35,025 bases of DNA, from IMG/VR virus record IMGVR_UViG_3300044709_000203, positions 1 to 35,025 of that record. One strand, written 5' to 3'. The notes under the pieces were generated by a model. It saw nothing but the letters and a program-made list of their open reading frames with translations, did no database searches and was not told the DNA's origin. The DNA comes from a virus (lineage: Duplodnaviria; Caudoviricetes). Shown here in pieces: positions 32,383 to 35,025 of the stretch. Position numbers and translations under genes: made by a program. Within the stretch, counting starts at the first letter, position 1. Every line of letters begins with the position of its first letter.

Positions 32383-34097
32383 GCGATCCGCCGATCGACG
32401 ACACGGACGACCGCGTCCGCGACGACCTGGTAACCGCCGCTCTCTTTCGTGAGAAAACCGAACTCGGCGAGCTTGTCGCACTCCTTGTAGACGTTCGGCT
32501 TCGACGTCGAGAATCCGCGGCGCTTGAGCTCTTCGAACGTGCTGTGCCCGCTCTTCACGTCGTTGAACCAGCCGGCTTTGATCAATTGCGCGACGCGCCC
32601 GCGCAGCGAGCTGCCGTCCGCCTCGATCAGGCGACGTTCGATCGTGATGTCGAGCTCCGGGCCTTCGGCGAGAACTTTCAGGAGCGCCGGCGCGTCGGCG
32701 AGGAGCCGCGCTTTGATGGTTTGGTAGAGCGCTTCGTCGATTGAGACGTCGATCGACTCTGTTCGGCTGCCATGAGCACGAGGACTGTGTTCGCGTGGTG
32801 CAGGAGCGCGAGCGCTAGACCGAGCAGCGGCGTTCCCGCGTCCAACTCCTTCCCGATCAGACGCTCCACCTGCTGTCGAAACGTCATACTGCCCTTTCTC
32901 GAGCGCCTCGAGGCGCAGCCGCAGCGACGCGAGCTCCACCTTCAGCGCGTTTCGTTCGGTGCGCAGTTCCTCGTTCTCGCGTGTGAGCCGCGCGGCTTCG
33001 TCCTTCGTCACCCGTTCCTCCTTTGGCCGCTCTGTCAACTGCCGCGCGATCGCGCCGACGCTCGTGAAGCCGGAGGCCTCGGCGGCACGTCGCACGCGGC
33101 CGATGCCCGCGATCGCCGACGCGTTGCGCACGTCAAGCACGCCTGTCGCCACCTGGCGCGCGAGATGGTCGGATATCCACACCGGCTGCACGTAGGTCCG
33201 GATCGCGTGCTTGCCCCAGCAGGCGACGAACTGCCCGAGCTCGAGCGTCTGCACGTCCTGCGCCTTTGGCCGCACCGGCGCCGGGATGTTCTCGAGCGTG
33301 CGCTTGATCTCGTTCGCCTCGCGCTGCACGCCGAGGAGCCACACCGCGACCGAGCGCAGGATTTCCTTCTCGACGCCGCCCAGGTCCTGCGAATCGATCC
33401 AGAGGTAGTTGCCCTTGGCCGCGCCCTGCCGGATGAACGCGGCCGCCGAGAGCTTCACGGGCGTCCCGCGGCCCTGCGGCACGAACTTCCACGCCTCCGG
33501 GACGACGACCACGACGTCGCGCTCGCGCTCGAGCACCCAGTCGATCGACGACTTGATCACCAGGTTCTGGATCGACGTCGACGCGCCTGAGACGTCGACC
33601 ACGTTGACGCCGGCGGCGAGCTCGAGGCGCGTCGCCCAGGGGATCGCGGCGATCGCCGGCAGGAGTTCGTCGAGATACACGCCGAGCATGCGGTACTGGT
33701 CCTGGTTGAACCCGCCACGCGCCGACTCCGCCAGCGACCAGGCCCGCGTGCGCACGGCCTCGAGCGTCTTCTGCCCTTCGGCGGCGCGCGAGATCCAGTT
33801 CCGCTCGAACTTCAACCGTTCGCCCAGGTGCGCCTCGAGGAGCGACGCGACGAAGCGCCAGTCGGCTTGTTCGCGAAAATACGGCGCGATCCCCCGCGCG
33901 CCGGCGAACGAGGCCTCGCCCGGTTTGGTGATGAACGCCAGCGCGCGCAGTGTCGACCGCGCGATGAGCGCCTCGAGCGTCGTCGTCTTCCCGGCTTCCT
34001 GTGTTTGGCCGGTGACGCAGAGATGGCGGACCGGGATCTCGACCGCCTTCCCGCTGCCGACTTCGAAACCGAGATGAATCGATCGCGCCGTCGTCAC
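32379..34097 (-). CDS. HerA/FtsK-like P-loop ATPase with coiled coil and C-terminal winged-helix-like domain
   Basis: HLCVTGQTQEAGKT, VVVVPEAWKFVP, IRQGAAKG..LWIDSQ, L..GQF; start probably GTG 34097 (GTGA overlap, GGAG RBS). Confidence 0.75.
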   Translation of the reverse strand: MTTARSIHLGFEVGSGKAVEIPVRHLCVTGQTQEAGKTTTLEALIARSTLRALAFITKPGEASFAGARGIAPYFREQADWRFVASLLEAHLGERLKFERNWISRAAEGQKTLEAVRTRAWSLAESARGGFNQDQYRMLGVYLDELLPAIAAIPWATRLELAAGVNVVDVSGASTSIQNLVIKSSIDWVLERERDVVVVVPEAWKFVPQGRGTPVKLSAAAFIRQGAAKGNYLWIDSQDLGGVEKEILRSVAVWLLGVQREANEIKRTLENIPAPVRPKAQDVQTLELGQFVACWGKHAIRTYVQPVWISDHLARQVATGVLDVRNASAIAGIGRVRRAAEASGFTSVGAIARQLTERPKEERVTKDEAARLTRENEELRTERNALKVELASLRLRLEALEKGQYDVSTAGGASDREGVGRGNAAARSSARAPAPREHSPRAHGSRTESIDVSIDEALYQTIKARLLADAPALLKVLAEGPELDITIERRLIEADGSSLRGRVAQLIKAGWFNDVKSGHSTFEELKRRGFSTSKPNVYKECDKLAEFGFLTKESGGYQVVADAVVRVVDRRIA

Positions 34098-34312
34098 GCG
34101 GCTGGCTCCGGCTCGTCGATGGGTTCGACGCGGTCTTTCGCCACGGTTGCCTCCGCGCCGGGTTTCAACCACGGCTCGCGGTGCGCGATCTTGGTTTTCT
34201 CGATCGCGCGGATCCGGACCTTCCCGAACGGGAATTCGGCGACGATCTCGACTTTTTGCCGAGTCGAAACCAGCACGTCATCGACGCTCAGCCAGCCGTA
34301 CTGCGGCGTCAT
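34094..34312 (-). CDS. Small SH3/KOW-like hypothetical protein
   Basis: GGAGG RBS; ATGA-coupled. Confidence 0.55.
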   Translation of the reverse strand: MTPQYGWLSVDDVLVSTRQKVEIVAEFPFGKVRIRAIEKTKIAHREPWLKPGAEATVAKDRVEPIDEPEPAA

Positions 34313-35025
34313 CCGCTGCGCCTCCGGATGCCCGTCTTCGCCAACGGTGACACGAAATCGACGCGTAGGCCTGGCCGCACGTCACCAGCGGCCGCACGTA
34401 CCACATCGGCGTAATGCCGCTGAATCCAGCCGACGTCGAGGTCTGTTTTCGCTGCGACGGTGAGGTAGTGTCCGTGGTCCTCGGCGAGCTCTGTGCCGCG
34501 GAACCACTTGTAGAACGTGTGACGATCCAGCTTCAGCTCGATGCGGTGCAGGATCTCCGTCCACACATCGGGTTCTGGCGCCACGGCCGCCAACGCCCGG
34601 GTTACCTCGAGATCGAGAAAATCCGCCTTGCGATGCAGCAGCCAGATATTGCGGACTGGGACGCGTTCCGCGATGTACCAGCGATCGCTCCCCTGCACAG
34701 CGTCCGTCGTGACGCTCCAAAGCAGAAGCGTCATGGCCTTCAGCCGGTCGACGGTGCGGCCGCGGCGAAGCAAGTCGTAAACGCGCCCGCCATCGGGCGC
34801 GCGCTCGATCGTGCAGCGCGCACCATCGTGGCGCGCGGCGTACTCGGTCTCGAACCAGGCGACAAACGCGTCCGCCTCGCGCGCGCGCGCGTCTACTACT
34901 TCTTCGTATTTGTTCTTAAGATCTTCGCGCGCGGGCGCGCGCGAGCCTACGCCTACAGCAGTGCGCGTACTTCGTGCAAAATGCACGATGTTCGCGACGC
35001 CACTTCGGTACTTTTGCACGAAGTT
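34309..35025 (-). CDS. Phage replication-initiator-like protein (5'-truncated) with C-terminal DnaA N-terminal-like domain
   Basis: Frame is open to the window end; low-complexity linker with repeats; C-terminus VWTEILHRIELKLDRHTFYKWF..T.L......LTVAA......WIQRHY. Confidence 0.68.
   Translation of the reverse strand, partial: NFVQKYRSGVANIVHFARSTRTAVGVGSRAPAREDLKNKYEEVVDARAREADAFVAWFETEYAARHDGARCTIERAPDGGRVYDLLRRGRTVDRLKAMTLLLWSVTTDAVQGSDRWYIAERVPVRNIWLLHRKADFLDLEVTRALAAVAPEPDVWTEILHRIELKLDRHTFYKWFRGTELAEDHGHYLTVAAKTDLDVGWIQRHYADVVRAAAGDVRPGLRVDFVSPLAKTGIRRRSG

Larger units (their letters stand above)
1902..35025 (-). mobile_element. HK97-like temperate phage/prophage (partial)
   Basis: Colinear replication, early, packaging and head modules. 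Confidence 0.93.

Overview
GC-rich temperate-phage/prophage DNA, with almost every gene on the minus strand (Ku is the exception). In transcription order (right to left): a 5'-truncated replication-initiator-like gene carrying a DnaA N-terminal-like domain; a HerA/FtsK-like ATPase; about 15 small coupled early ORFs; Ku; two paralogous HTH genes flanking a 9-bp tandem repeat; and a nonulosonic-acid (sialic/pseudaminic-like) biosynthesis cluster (PseB-like dehydratase, Gfo/Idh/MocA oxidoreductase, SpsF-like cytidylyltransferase, class-III PLP aminotransferase, SAM methyltransferase, NeuB-family synthase). An HK97-type head module follows (HNH, cos-like site, TerS, TerL, portal, protease, Com-like Zn ribbon, major capsid). 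No recognisable connector, tail tube or tape-measure genes come next. Instead there are decoration-like proteins, a Maf/sialyltransferase-like gene, a second methyltransferase, five consecutive signal-peptide Ser/Thr-rich proteins and an Ala/Thr-repeat LamG protein. At about 1.9 kb an att-like junction leads into a second, satellite-like module (two HTH genes, an Ig/BppU-like gene, HNH, cos-like site, TerS) that duplicates the main phage's packaging start and a structured RNA leader. The main candidate novelties are a phage-encoded nonulosonate synthesis-plus-transfer (glycosylation) system and a cos-mimicking satellite inserted in or beside its putative helper. All family calls come from motif recognition by eye; no searches were run.
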